DNA of 64,000 nucleotides from NCBI RefSeq assembly GCF_009914755.1, contig NC_060925.1; one strand, written 5' to 3'. This document shows, one piece after another, positions 14,601 through 27,600 of the stretch (positions are counted from its first letter, which is position 1; every line of letters begins with the position of its first letter). A program made the translations under genes and the position numbers. The stretch is from the human T2T-CHM13v2.0 reference genome, Homo sapiens. Below the pieces are notes generated by a model that worked only from the letters and a program-made list of their open reading frames with translations, searched no databases and was not told where the DNA came from.

Positions 14601-17600
14601 CAGGTGAGCATCTGAGAGCCTGGAACAGCACCCACACCCCCAGGTGAGAATCAGACAGCCTGGAAGAGCACCCCACATCCCCTCGTGAGCATCTGACAGA
14701 CTGGAACAGCACCCACACCCCCAGGTGAGCATCCGATAGCCTGGAGCAGCACCCACACCCTCAGGTGAGCATCTGACAGCCTGGAACAGCAACCACACCC
14801 CCAGTTGAGCATCCGATAGCCTGGAGCAGCACCCACACCCTCAGGTGAGCATCTAACAACCTGGAACAGCACCCAGGCGCCCAGATGAGCATCTGACAGC
14901 CTGGTACAGCACCCTGCACCCCAAGGTGAGCATCTGACAGCCTGGAACACCACGCACACTCCCAGGCGAGCATCTGACAGCCTGGAACAGCACCCATACG
15001 CCCAGATGAGAATCTGACGGCCTGGAAAAGCACCCTGCACCCCCAGGTGCGCACCTGACAGCCTGGAACAGCACCCACACCCCCAGGCGAGCATCTGACG
15101 GCCTGGTACGGCACCCACACCCCCAGGTGAGCATCCGACATCCTGAAACAGCTCCCACACCCCCACATGAGCATCCGACAGCCTGGAGCAGCACCCACAG
15201 CCCCAGGTGAGCATCTGACCGCATGGAATGGCATCCTTACCTCCAGGTGAGCATCCGACAGCCTGGAGCAGCACCCACACGCCCAGGAGAGCATCTGACA
15301 GCCTGGAACAGCACCCTGCACCCCCAGCTGAGCATCTGACACCCTGGAACAGCACACACACCCCCAGGCGAGCATCTGATAACATGGAACAGCACCCATA
15401 CGCCGAGATGAGCATCTGACAGCCTGGAAGAGCACCCTGCACACCCAGGTCAGCATCTGACAGCCTGGAGCAGAACCCACACCCACAGGCGAGCATGTGA
15501 CAGCCTGGGTCGACACCCACACCCCCAGGTGAGCATCTGATGGTTTGGAGCAGCACCCACACCCACAGGTGAGAATCTGACAGCCTGGAACAGAACCCAC
15601 ACCCCCAGGTGAGCATCTGACAGACTGGAACAGCACCCTGCACCCACAGGTTAGCATCTGATGGCCTGGAACAGCACCCACACGCCCAGGTGAGCAGCCG
15701 ACAGCCTGGAACAGCACCCACACCACCAGGTGAGAATCCGACAGCCTGGCGCAGCACCCACAACCCCAGGTGTGCATCTGATATCCTGGAACAGCACCCA
15801 CACGTCCAGGTGAGCATCTGACAGCCTGGAGCAGCATGCACACCCCCAGTAAGCATCTGACAGCCTGGAACAGCACCCACACCCCTAGGTGAGCATCCGA
15901 TAGCCTAGAGCACAACCCACACCCCCAGGCGAGCATCTGACAGCCTGGGTCCGCACCCACACCCCCAGGTGCGCATCTGATGGTCTGGAGCAGCACCCAC
16001 ACCCACAGGTGAGCATCTGACAGCCTGGAACAAAACCCACAACCCAGGTGAGCATCTGACAGCCTGGAACAGAACCCACACCCCAGGTGACCATCCGACA
16101 GACTGGAAGAGCACCCACATGGCCAGGGGAGCCTCTGACAGCCTGTAACAACACCCTGCACCCCCAGGTGCGCACGTGACAGCCTGGAACAGCACCGACA
16201 CCCCTTGGTGAGCATTGGACAGCCTGGAGCAGCACTCACAACCCTAGGCGAGCATCCGACAGCCTGGAGCAGCACCCACACCCCCAGGTGAGCATCTGAC
16301 ATCGTGGAGCAGCACCCCCCACGGACAGGTGAGCATCTGACAGCGTGGAGCAGCACCCACACACCCAGGTGAGCATCCGACAGCCTGGAGCAGCACCCAC
16401 ACCCCCAGGCGAGCATCCGACACCTGGAGCACCACCGATAACCCCAGGTGAGCATCTGATGGTCTGGAGCAGCACCCACAACCACAGGGAGCATCGGAGA
16501 GTCTGGAGCAGCGCCCACAGCCCCAGGCGAGCATCTGACAGCCTGGAGCAGTGCCCACACACCCAGGTGAGCATCTGACAGCATGGAGCAGCACCCATAG
16601 CCCAAGGTGAGCCTGACAACCTGGAGCAGCAACAACACCCCCAGGCGAGCATCTGAACGCACGGAGCAGCACCCACACCCCTAGGCGAGCATCCGACAGC
16701 CTGGAGCAGCACCCACAACCTCAGGTGCGCATCTGATGGTCTGGAGCAGCAACCACACCCACAGGTGAGCATCTGACAGCCTTGAACAGAAACCACACCC
16801 CCAGGTGGGCATCTGACAGACTGGAACAGCACCCACATGCACAGGTGAGCCTCTGACAGCCTGGAACAGCACACTGCAGACCCAGGTGAGCATCTGACAG
16901 CCTGGAACAGCACGCACACCCCCTGGTGAGCATCTGACAGCCTGGAAAAGCACCCATATCCCCAGGCGAGCATCTGACAGCATGTAACAGCACCCACACC
17001 CCGAGGTGAGCATCTGACAGCCTGGAACAGCAGCCTGCACCCTCTGGTACGCACGTGACAGCCTAGAACAGCACCCACACACCCAGGCGAGCATCTGACG
17101 GCCTGGAACAGCACCCACACCCCCAGGTGAGCATCTGACGGCCTCGAACAGCACCCACACCCCCAGGTGAGCATCTGACATCGTGGAGCAGCACCCACAC
17201 CCACAGGTGAGCATCTGACAGCCTGGAGCAGCACCCACACCCCAGGTGAGCACCTGACAGCCTAGAACAACACCCTGCACCCCCAGGTGAGCATGCGACA
17301 GCCCGGAGCAGCACCCACACCCCCAGGCGAGCATCTGACAGCCTGGAACAGCACCCAAACCCCCAGGTGAGCATCTGATGGTCTGGAGCATCACCCACAA
17401 CCACAGGTGAGCATCGGAGAGTCTGGAGCAGCGCCCTCACCCCCAGGCGAGCATCTGACAGCCTGGAGCAGTGCCCACACCCCCAGGTGAGCATCTGACA
17501 GCGTGGAGCAGCACCCACAGCCCAAGGTGAGCATCTGACAACCTGGAGCAGCACCCACACCCCCAGGCGAGCATCTGAACTCACAGAGCAGCACCCACAT

Positions 17601-20600
17601 CCCCAGGCGAGCATCCGACAGCATGGAGCAGCACCCACACCCCCAGGTGTGCAAGTGATGGTCTGGAGAAGCACCCACACCCACAGGTGAGCATCCGACA
17701 GCCTGGAGCAGCACCCAAACCCCCAGGTGAGCATCTGTTGGTCTGGAGCAGCACCCACAACCACAGGTGGGCATCGGAGAGTCTGGAGCAGCTCCCACAA
17801 CCCCAGGCGAGCATCTGACAGCCTGGAGCAGTGCCCACACCCCCAGGTGAGCATCTGGCAGCGTGGAGCAGCACACACAGCCCCAGGCGAGCATCTGACA
17901 ACCTGGAACAGCACCCATACGCCCAGATGAGCATCTGAGAGCCTGGAACAGCACCCTGCACCCAAAGGTGAGAATCTGACAACCTGGAACAGCACCCGCA
18001 CCCCCAGGCGAGCATCTGACATCCTGGGGCAGCACCCACAACCCCAGGTGAGCATCTGACAGCCTGGAGCAGCACCCTGCACCCCCAGGTGAGCATCTGA
18101 CAGCCGGGAACAGCACCCTGCACCCCCAGGTGAGCATCTGACAGCCTGGAGCAATGCCCAAACCCCCAGGTGAGAATCTGACAGCGTGGAGCAGCACCCA
18201 CAGCCCAAGGTGAGCATCTGACAACCTGGAGCAGCACCCACACCCCGAGGTGAGCATCTGACCTCCTGGAGCAGCACCCATACCCCCAGGCGAGCATCTG
18301 AACTCATGGAGCAGCACCCACACCACCAGGCGAGCATCTGACCGAACGGAGCAGCACCCACAACCCCAGGCGAGCATCTGACAGCCTGGAACAGCACCCA
18401 CAACCCCAGGTGAGCATCTGACAGCCCGCAGATTCACCCACACGCACAGGTGAGAATCTGACAGCCCTGAGCAGCACCCACACCCCCAGGGGAGCATCTG
18501 ACCGCATGGAGCAGCACCCACACCCCCAGGGGAGCATCTGACATCCTGGAGCAGCACCGACAACCACAGGTGAGCATCTGACAGCCTGGAACAGCACCCA
18601 CACCCCCAGGTGAGCATCCGATAGCCTGGAGCAGCACCCACACCCTCAGGTGAGCATCTGACAGCCTGGAACAGCAACCACACCCCCAGGCGAGCATCTG
18701 ACAGCCTGGAGCAGCACCCACACCCCCAGGTGAGCATCTGACGACCTAGAACACCACCCACACGCCCAGGTGAGCATCCGACAGCCTGGAAAAGCACCCA
18801 CACCCCCAGGTGAGCATCCGACACCCTGGAGCAGCACCCACACCCCCAGGTGAGCATCTGATATCCTGGAACAGCAACCACACGCCCGGGTGAGCATCTG
18901 ACAGCCTGGAGCAGCACGCACACCCCCAGTGAGCATCTGACAGCCTGGAACAACACCCACACCCCGAGGTGAGCATCCGATACCCTGGAGCTAAACCCAC
19001 ACCCCCAGGCGAGCATCTGACAGCCTGGGTCGGCACCCACACCCACAGGTGCGCATCTGATGGTCTGGAGCAGCACCCACACCCACAGGTGAGCATCTGA
19101 CAGCCTGGAACAAAACCCACACTCCAGGTGAGCATCTGACAGACTGGAAGAGCACCCACATGCCCAGGTGAGCCTCTGACAGCCTGTAAGAGCACCCTGC
19201 ACCACCAGGTGCGCACGTGACAGCCTGGAACAGCACCGACACACCCAGGTGAGCATTGGACAGCCTGGAGCAGCACCCACAACCCCAGGCGAGCATCCGA
19301 CAGCCTGGAGCAGCACCCACTACCCCAGGTGAGCATCTGACATCGTGGAGCAGCACCCCACACACACAGGTGAGCATCTGATAGCATGGAGCAGCACCCA
19401 CACCCCAAGGCGAGCATCCGACAACCTGGAGCAGCACCCACAACCCCAGGTGAGCATCTGATGATCTGGAGCAGCACCCACAACCACAGCTGAGCAGCGG
19501 AGAGTCTGGAGCAGCGCCCAGAGCCCCAGGCGAGCATCTGACAGCCTGGAACAGTGCCCACACACCCAGGTGAGCATCTGACAGCATGGAGCAGCACCCA
19601 TAGCACAAGGTGAGCATCTGACAACCTGGAGCAGCACCCACACCCCCAGGTGAGCATCTGATGGTCTGAAGCAGCACCCACAACCACAGGTGAGCATCGG
19701 AGAGTCTGGAGCAGTGCCCACACCCGCAGGCGAGCATCTGACAGCCTGGAGCAGTGACCACACCCCCACGTGAGCATCTGACAGCATGGAGCAGCACCCA
19801 CAGCCCAAGGTGAGCATCTGACAACCAGGATAAGCAGCCACACCCCCAGGCGAGCATCAGAATGCACGGAGCAGCACCCACACCCCCAGCCGAGCATCCG
19901 ACAGCCTGGAGCAGCACCCACACCCCCAGGCGAGCATCTGACAGCCTGGAGCAGTGCCCACACCCCCAGGTGAGCATCTGACAGCGTGGAGCAGCACCCA
20001 CAGCCCAAGGTGAGCATCTGACAACCTGGAGCAGCACCCACACCCCCAGGCGAGCATCTGAATGCACGGAGCAGCACCCACACCCCCAGGTGAGCATCTG
20101 ACAGCCTGCAACAGCACGCTGCCCTCCTAGGTGAGCATCTGACAGCCTGGAACAGCACACACCACCGCAGGCGAGCATCTGACAACCTGGAACAGCACCC
20201 ATACGCCCAGATGAGCATCTGACAGCCTGGAACAGCACCCTGCACACCCAGGTGAGCATCTGACAGCCTGGAACAGCACCCACACCCCCAGGTGAGCATC
20301 TTACTGCATTGCATGGCATCCTCACCTCCAGTTGAGCATCCGACAGCCTGGAGCAGCACCCACACACCCAGGTGAACATCCGATAGCCTAGAGCAGAACC
20401 CACACCCCCAGGCGAGCATCTGACAGCCTGGGTCGGCACCCACACCCCCAGGTGCGCATCTGATGGTCTGGAGCAGCACCCACACTACAGGTGAGAATCT
20501 GACAGCCTGGAACAGAACCCACACCCCAGGTGAGCATCTGACAGACTGGAAGAGCACCCACATGGCCAGGTGAGCCTCTGACAGCCTGTAACAACACCCT

Positions 20601-23581
20601 GTACCCCCAGGTGCGCACGTGACAGCCTGGAACAGCACCGACAGCCCCTGGTGAGCATTGGACAGCCTGGAGCAGCACCCACAACCCTAGGCGGGCATCC
20701 GACAACCTGGAGCAGCACCCACACCCCCAGGTGAGCATCTGACATCGTGGAGCAGCAACCCCCACCGACAGGGGAGCATCTGACAGCCTGGAGCAGCACC
20801 CACACCCCCAGGTGAGCATCTGACAGCCTGGAACAGCACCCTGCACCCCCAGGTGAGCATCTGACAGCCTGGAGCAGCACCCACACCCCCAGGCGAGCAT
20901 CCGACACCTGGAGCAGCACCGACAACCCCAGGTGAGCATCTGATGATCTGGAGCAGCACCCACAACCACAGGGGAGCATCGGAGAGTCTGGAGCAGCGCC
21001 CAGAGCCCCAGGCGAGCATCTGACAGCCTGGAGCAGTGCCCACACCCCCAGGTGAGCATCTGACAGCATGGAGCAGCACCCATAGCCCAAGGTGAGCATC
21101 TGACAACCTGGAGCAGCAACCACACCCCCAGGCGAGCATCTGAACGCACGGAGCAGCACCCACAACCCTAGGCGAGCATCCGACAGCCTGGAGCAGCACC
21201 CACAACCCCAGGTGCGCATCTGATGGTCTGGAGCAACACCCACACCCACAGGTGAGCATCTGACAGCCTGGAACAGAAACCACACCCCCAGGTGGGCATC
21301 TGACAGACTGGAACAGCACCCACATGCCCAGGTGAGCCTCTGACAGCCTGGAACAGCACACTGCAGCCCCAGGTGAGCATCTGACAGCCTGGAACAGCAC
21401 GCACACCCACTGGTGAGCATCTGACAGCCTGGAACAGCACCCATACCCCCAGGCGATCATCTGACAGCATGTAACAGCACCCACACCCCGAGGTGAGCAT
21501 CTGACAGCCTGGAACAGCAGCCTGCACCCCCTGGTACGCACGTGACAGCCTGGAACAGCACCCACACCCCCAGGCGAGCATCTGACGGCCTGGAACAGCA
21601 CCCACATCCCCAGGTGAGCATCTGATGGCCTGGAACAGCACCCACACACCCAGGTGAGCATCTGACATCGTGGAGCAGCACCCACACCCACAGGTGAGCA
21701 TCTGACAGCCTGGAGCAGCACCCACACCCCAGGTGAGCATCTGACAGCCTGGAACAACACCCTGCACCCCCAGGTGAGCATGCGACAGCCCGGAGCAGCA
21801 CCCACACCCCCAGGTGAGCATCTGATGGTCTGGAGCATCACCCACAACCACAGGTGAGCATCGGAGAGTCTGGAGCAGCGCCCACACCCCCAGGCGACCA
21901 TCTGACAGCCTGGAGCATTGCCCACACCCCCAGGTGAGCATCTGACAGCATGGAGCAGCACCCACAGCCCAACGTGAGCATGTGACAACCTGAGGCAGCA
22001 CCCACACCCCCAGGCGAGCATCTGAACTCACAGAGCAGCAACCACACCCCCAGGCGAGCATCCGACAGCCTGGAGCAGCACCCACAACCTCAGGTTCGCA
22101 AGTGATGGTCTGGAGCAGCACCCACACCCAGAGGTGAGCATCCGACAGCCTGGAGCAGCACCCACACACCCAGGTGAGCATCTGTTAGTCTGGAGCAGCA
22201 CCCACAACCACAGGTGAGCATCGGAGAGTCTGGAGCAGAGCCCACAACCCCAGGCGAGCATCTGACAGCCTGGAGCAGTGCCCACACACCCAGGTGAGCA
22301 TCTGACAGCGTGGAGCAGCACCCACAGCCAAAGGTGTGCATCTGACAACCTGGAGCAGCACCCACACCCCCAGGTGAGCATCTGAACATACGCAGCAACA
22401 CCCACTCCCCAAGGCGAGCATCCGACAGCCTGGAGCAGCACCCACACAACCAGGTGAGCATCTGACAGCCTGGAGCAGCACCCACACCCCCTGGTGAGCA
22501 TCTGACAGCCTGGAAAAGCATGCTCCACCCCCAGGTGAGCATCTGACAGATTGGAACAGCACACAAAGCCACAGGCGAGCATCTGACAACCTGGAACAGC
22601 ACCCATACGCCCAGATGAGCATCTGAGAGCCTGGAACAGCACCCTGCACCCACAGGTGAGCATCTGACAACCTGGAACAGCACCCGTAACCCCAGGCGAG
22701 CATCTGGCATCCTGGAGCAGCACCCACACCCCCAGGTGAGCATCTGACAGCCTGGAGCACCACCCTGCACCCCCAGGTGAGCATCTGACAGCCTGGAAGA
22801 GCACCCTGCTCCCCCAGGTGAGCATCTGACAGCCTGGAGCAGTGCCCACACCACCAGGTGAGAATCTGACAGCGTGGAGCAGCACCCACAGCCCAAGGTG
22901 AGCATCTGACAACCTGGAGCAGCACCCACACCCCGAGGTGAGCATCTGACCTCCCAGAGCAGCACCCATACCCCCAGGCGAGCATCTGAACTCATGGAGC
23001 AGCACCCACACCACCAGGCGAGCATCTGACCAAATGGAGCAGCACCCACAACCCCAGGCGAGCATCTGACAGCCTGGAACAGCACCCACAACCCCAGGTG
23101 AGCATGTGATATCCTGGAACAGCACCCACACCCCCAGGTGAGAATCTGACAGGCTGGAGCAGCACGCACAGCCCCAGGTGAGCATCTGACAGCCTGGAAC
23201 AGCACCCACACCCCCAGGTGAACATCCGACAGCCTGGAGCAGAACCCACACAACCAGGCGAGCATGTGACAGCCTGGGTCGGCACCCACACCCCCAGGTG
23301 AGCATCTGATGGTCTGGAGCAGCACCCACACCCACAGGTGAGCATCTGACAGCCTGGAACAGAACCCACACCCCTAGGTGAGCATCTGACAGACTGGAAC
23401 AGCAACCACACCCCCAGGCGAGCATCTGACAGCATGTAACAGCACCGAAACCCCCAGGTGAGCATCTGACAGCCTGGAACAGCAACCTACACCCCCAGGT
23501 GCGCACGTGACAGCCTGGAACAGCACCCACACACCCAGGTGAGCATCTGAAAGCCTGGAGTAGCAGCCTGCGTCCCCAGGA

Positions 23582-23830
23582 GAGCATCTGACAGCCTGGA
23601 ACAGCACCCTGCTCCCCCAGCTGAGCATCTGACACCCTGGAACAGCACACACACCCCCAGGCGAGCATCTGATAACATGGAACAGCACCCATACACCGAG
23701 ATGAGCATCTGACAGCCTGGAACAGCACCCTGCACCCCCAGCTGAGCATCTGACACCCTGGAACAGCACACACACCCCCAGGCGAGCATCTGATAACATG
23801 GAACAGCACCCATACGCCGAGATGAGCATC
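23582..23830. repeat. 121-bp (3-monomer) tandem duplication
   Basis: GATAACATGG at 23671 and 23792; CAGCTGAGCATCTGACACCCTGG and CCGAGATGAGC are repeated at the same offset. Confidence 0.92.
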
Positions 23831-25904
23831 CAACAGCCTAGAACTGCACCCACACCCCCAGGTGAGCATCCGACAGCCTGGAGCAGCACCCACACCCCCA
23901 GGCGAGCATCTGACAGCCTGGAACAGCACCCACACCCCAAGGTGAGCATCCGACAGCCTGGAGCAGCACCCACACCCCCAGGCGAGCATCTGACAGCCTG
24001 GAACAGCACCCACACGCCCAGGTGAGCATCTGATATCCTGGAACAGCACCCACACCCCCAGGTGAGCATCTGACAGGCTGGAACAGCATCCACACCCCCA
24101 GGTGAACATCCGACAGCCTGGAGCAGAACCCACACCCCCAGGCGAGCATCTGACAGCCTGGGTCGGCACCCACACCCCGAGGTGAGCATCTGATGGTCTG
24201 GAGCAGCACCCACACCAAAAGTTGAACATCTGACAGCCTGGAACAGAACCCACACCCCCAGGTGAGCATCTGACAGACTGAAACAGCACCCACACGCCCA
24301 GGTGAGCCTCTGACAGCCTGGAACAGCACGCGCACCCCCAGGTGAGCATCTGACAGCCTGGAACAGCACCCACACCCCCAGGCGAGCATCTGACAGCATG
24401 TAACAGCACCCACAACCCCAGGTGAGAATCTGACAGCCTGGAACAGCACCCTGCACCCCCAGGTGCGCACGTGATAGCCTGGAACAGCACCCACACACCC
24501 AGGCGAGCATCTGACGGCATGGAACGGCACCCACACCCCCAGGTGAGCATCTGATAGCCTGGAGCAGAACCCACACCCACAGGCGAGCATCTGACAGCCT
24601 GGATCGGCACCCACATCCCCAGGTGAGGATCTGACAGCAAGGAACATCACCCTGTACCCTCAGGTGCGCAAGTGACAGCCTGGAACAGCACCCACACCCC
24701 CAGGTGACTATCGGACAGCCTGGAGCAGCACCCACACCCCCAGGTGAGCATCTGAAAGCCTGGAACAGCACCCACACTCCCAGATGAGCATGGGACAGCC
24801 TGGAGCAGCAACCACACCGCTAGGCGAGCATCCGCCAGCCTGGAACAGCACCCACACACCCAGGTGAGCATTCGACAGCCTGGAGCAGCACCAACAACCC
24901 CAGGCGAGCATCCGACAGCCTGGTGCAGCACCCACACCCCCAGGTGAGCATCTGACATCGTGGAGCAGCACTCGACACCCACAGGTGAGCATCTGACAGC
25001 CTGCAACCGCACCCATACGCCCAGATGAGCATCTGACAGCCTGGAATAGCACCCAAACGCCCAGATGAGCATCTGACAGCCTGAAACAGCACCCTGCACC
25101 CCCAGGTGTGCAACTGACAGCCTGGAACAGCACCCACTCACCCAGGCCAGCATCTGATGGACTGGAACGGCACCCACACCCCCAGGTGAGCATCCGACAT
25201 CCTGAAACAGCTCCCACACCCCAAGGTGAGCATCCGACAGCCGGGAGCAGCACCCATACCCCCAGGTGAGCATCTGACCGCATGGAATGGCATCCTCACC
25301 TCCAGGTGAGCATCCGACCGCCTGGAGCAGCACCCACACCCCCAGGTGAGCATCCGACAGCCTGGAGGAGCACCCACACACCCAGGTGAGCATCTGACAG
25401 CCTGGAACAGCAACCACACCCCAAGGCGAGCATCTGACAGCCTGGAACAGCACCCTGCACCCCCGGGTGAGGATCAGACAGCCTGGAGCAGCACCCACAC
25501 TCGAGGTGAGCATCTGAAAGCCTGAAGCAGCACCCACACCAACAGGTGAGCATCTGACAGCCTGGAAGAGCACCCACACCACCAGGTGAGAATCTGACAG
25601 CCTGGAACAGCACCCTGCACCCCCAAGTGAGCATCTGACAGGCTGGAACAGCACCCACACGCTCAGGTGAGTCTCTGACAGCCTGGAACAGCACGCGCAC
25701 CCCCAGGTGAGCATCTGACAGCCTGGAACAGCACCCACACCCCCAGACGAGCATCTGACAGCATGTAACAGCACCCACATCCCCAGGTGAGCATCTGACA
25801 GCCTGGAACAGCACCCTGTATCCCCAGGTGCGCACGTGACAGCCTGGAACAGCACCCACACCCCAAGGCGAGCATCTGACGGCCTGGAACGGCACCCAGA
25901 ACCC

Positions 25905-27600
25905 CAGGTGAGCATCTGACAGCCCGCAGCATCACCCACACGCACAGGTGAGAATCTGACAGCCCGGAGCAGCACCCACACCCCCAGGGGAGCATCTGAC
26001 CGCATGGAGCACCACCCACACCCCCAGGGGAGCATCTGACATCCTGGAGCAGCACCGACAACCCCAGGTGAGCATCTGAGAGCCTGGAACAGCACCCACA
26101 CCCCCAGGTGAGAATCTGACAGCCTGGAAGAGCACCCCACATCCCCGGGTGAGCATCTGACAGCCTGGAACAGCACCCACACCCCCAGGTGAGCATCCGA
26201 TAGCCTGGAGCAGCACCCACACCCTCAGGTGAGCATCTGATAGCGTGGAACAGCAACCACACCCCCAGGCGAGCATCTGACAGCCTGGAGCAGCACCCAC
26301 ACCTCCAGGTGAGCAACTGACAGCCTGGAACACCACCCACACGCCCAGGTGATCATCCGACAGCCTGGAACAGCACCCACAGCCCCAGGTGAGCATCCGA
26401 CAGCCTGGAGCAGCACCCACACCCCCAGGTGAGGATCTGATATCCTGGAACAGCACCTACACGCCCAGGTGAGCATCTGACAGCCTGGAGCAGCACGCAC
26501 ACCCCCAGTGAGCATCTGACAGCCTGGAACAGCACCCACAACCCCAGAGGAGCATCTGACAGCCCGCAGCATCACCCACACGCACAGGTGAGAATCTGAC
26601 AGCCCGGAGCAGCACCCACACCCCCAGGGGAGCATCTGACCGCATGGAGCAGCACCCACAACCCCAGGGGAGCATCTGACATCCTGAAGCAGCACCGACA
26701 ACGCCAGGTGAGCATCTGACAGCCTGGAACAGCACCCACACCGCCAGGTGAGAATCTGACAGCCTGGAAGAGCACCCCACATCCGCGGGTGAGCATCTGA
26801 CAGCCTGGAACAGCACCCACACCCCCAGGTGAGCATCCGATAGCCTGGAGCAGCACCCACACCCTCAGGTGAGCATCTGATAGCGTGGAACAGCAACCAC
26901 ACCCCCAGGCGAGCATCTGACAGCCTGGAGCAGCACCCACACCTACAGGTGAGCATCTGACGGCCTGGAACACCACCCACACGCCCAGGTGAGCATCCGA
27001 CAGCCTGGAACAGCACCCACACCCCTAGTTGAGCATCCGACAGCCTGGAGCAGCACCCACACCCCCAGGTGAGCATCTGATATCCTGGAACAGCACCCAC
27101 ACGCCCAGGTGAGCATCTGACAGCCTGGAGCAGCACGCACACCCCCAGTGAGCATCTGACAGCCTGGAACAGCACCCACAACCCCAGGTGACCATCTGAC
27201 AGCCCGCAGCATCACCCACATGCACAGGTGAGAATCTGACAGCCCAGAGTAGCACCCACACCCCCAGGGGAGCATCTGACCGCATGGAGCAGCACCCACA
27301 ACCCCAGGGGAGCATCTGACATCCTGGAGCAGCACAGACAACCCCAGGTGAGCATCTGAGAGCCTGGAACCGCACCCACACCGCCAGGTGAGAATCTGAC
27401 AGCCTGGAAGAGCACCCCACATCCCCGGGTGAGCATCTGACAGCGTGGAACAGCACCCACACCCCCAGGTGAGCATCCGATAGCCTGGAGCAACACCCAG
27501 AACCTCAGGTGAGCATCTGACAGCCTGGAACACGAACCACACCCCCAGGCGAGCATCTGACAGCCTGGAGCAGCACCCACACCCCCAGGTGAGCATCTGA
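25905..27600. repeat. Local higher-order repeat: 640-bp (16-monomer) unit, ~2.6 tandem copies
   Basis: CCCGCAGCATCACC at 25923, 26563 and 27203; CCTCAGGT-containing blocks at 26221, 26861 and 27501; GATAGCGTGGAACAGCAACC in copies 1 and 2. All offsets are exactly 640. Confidence 0.92.
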
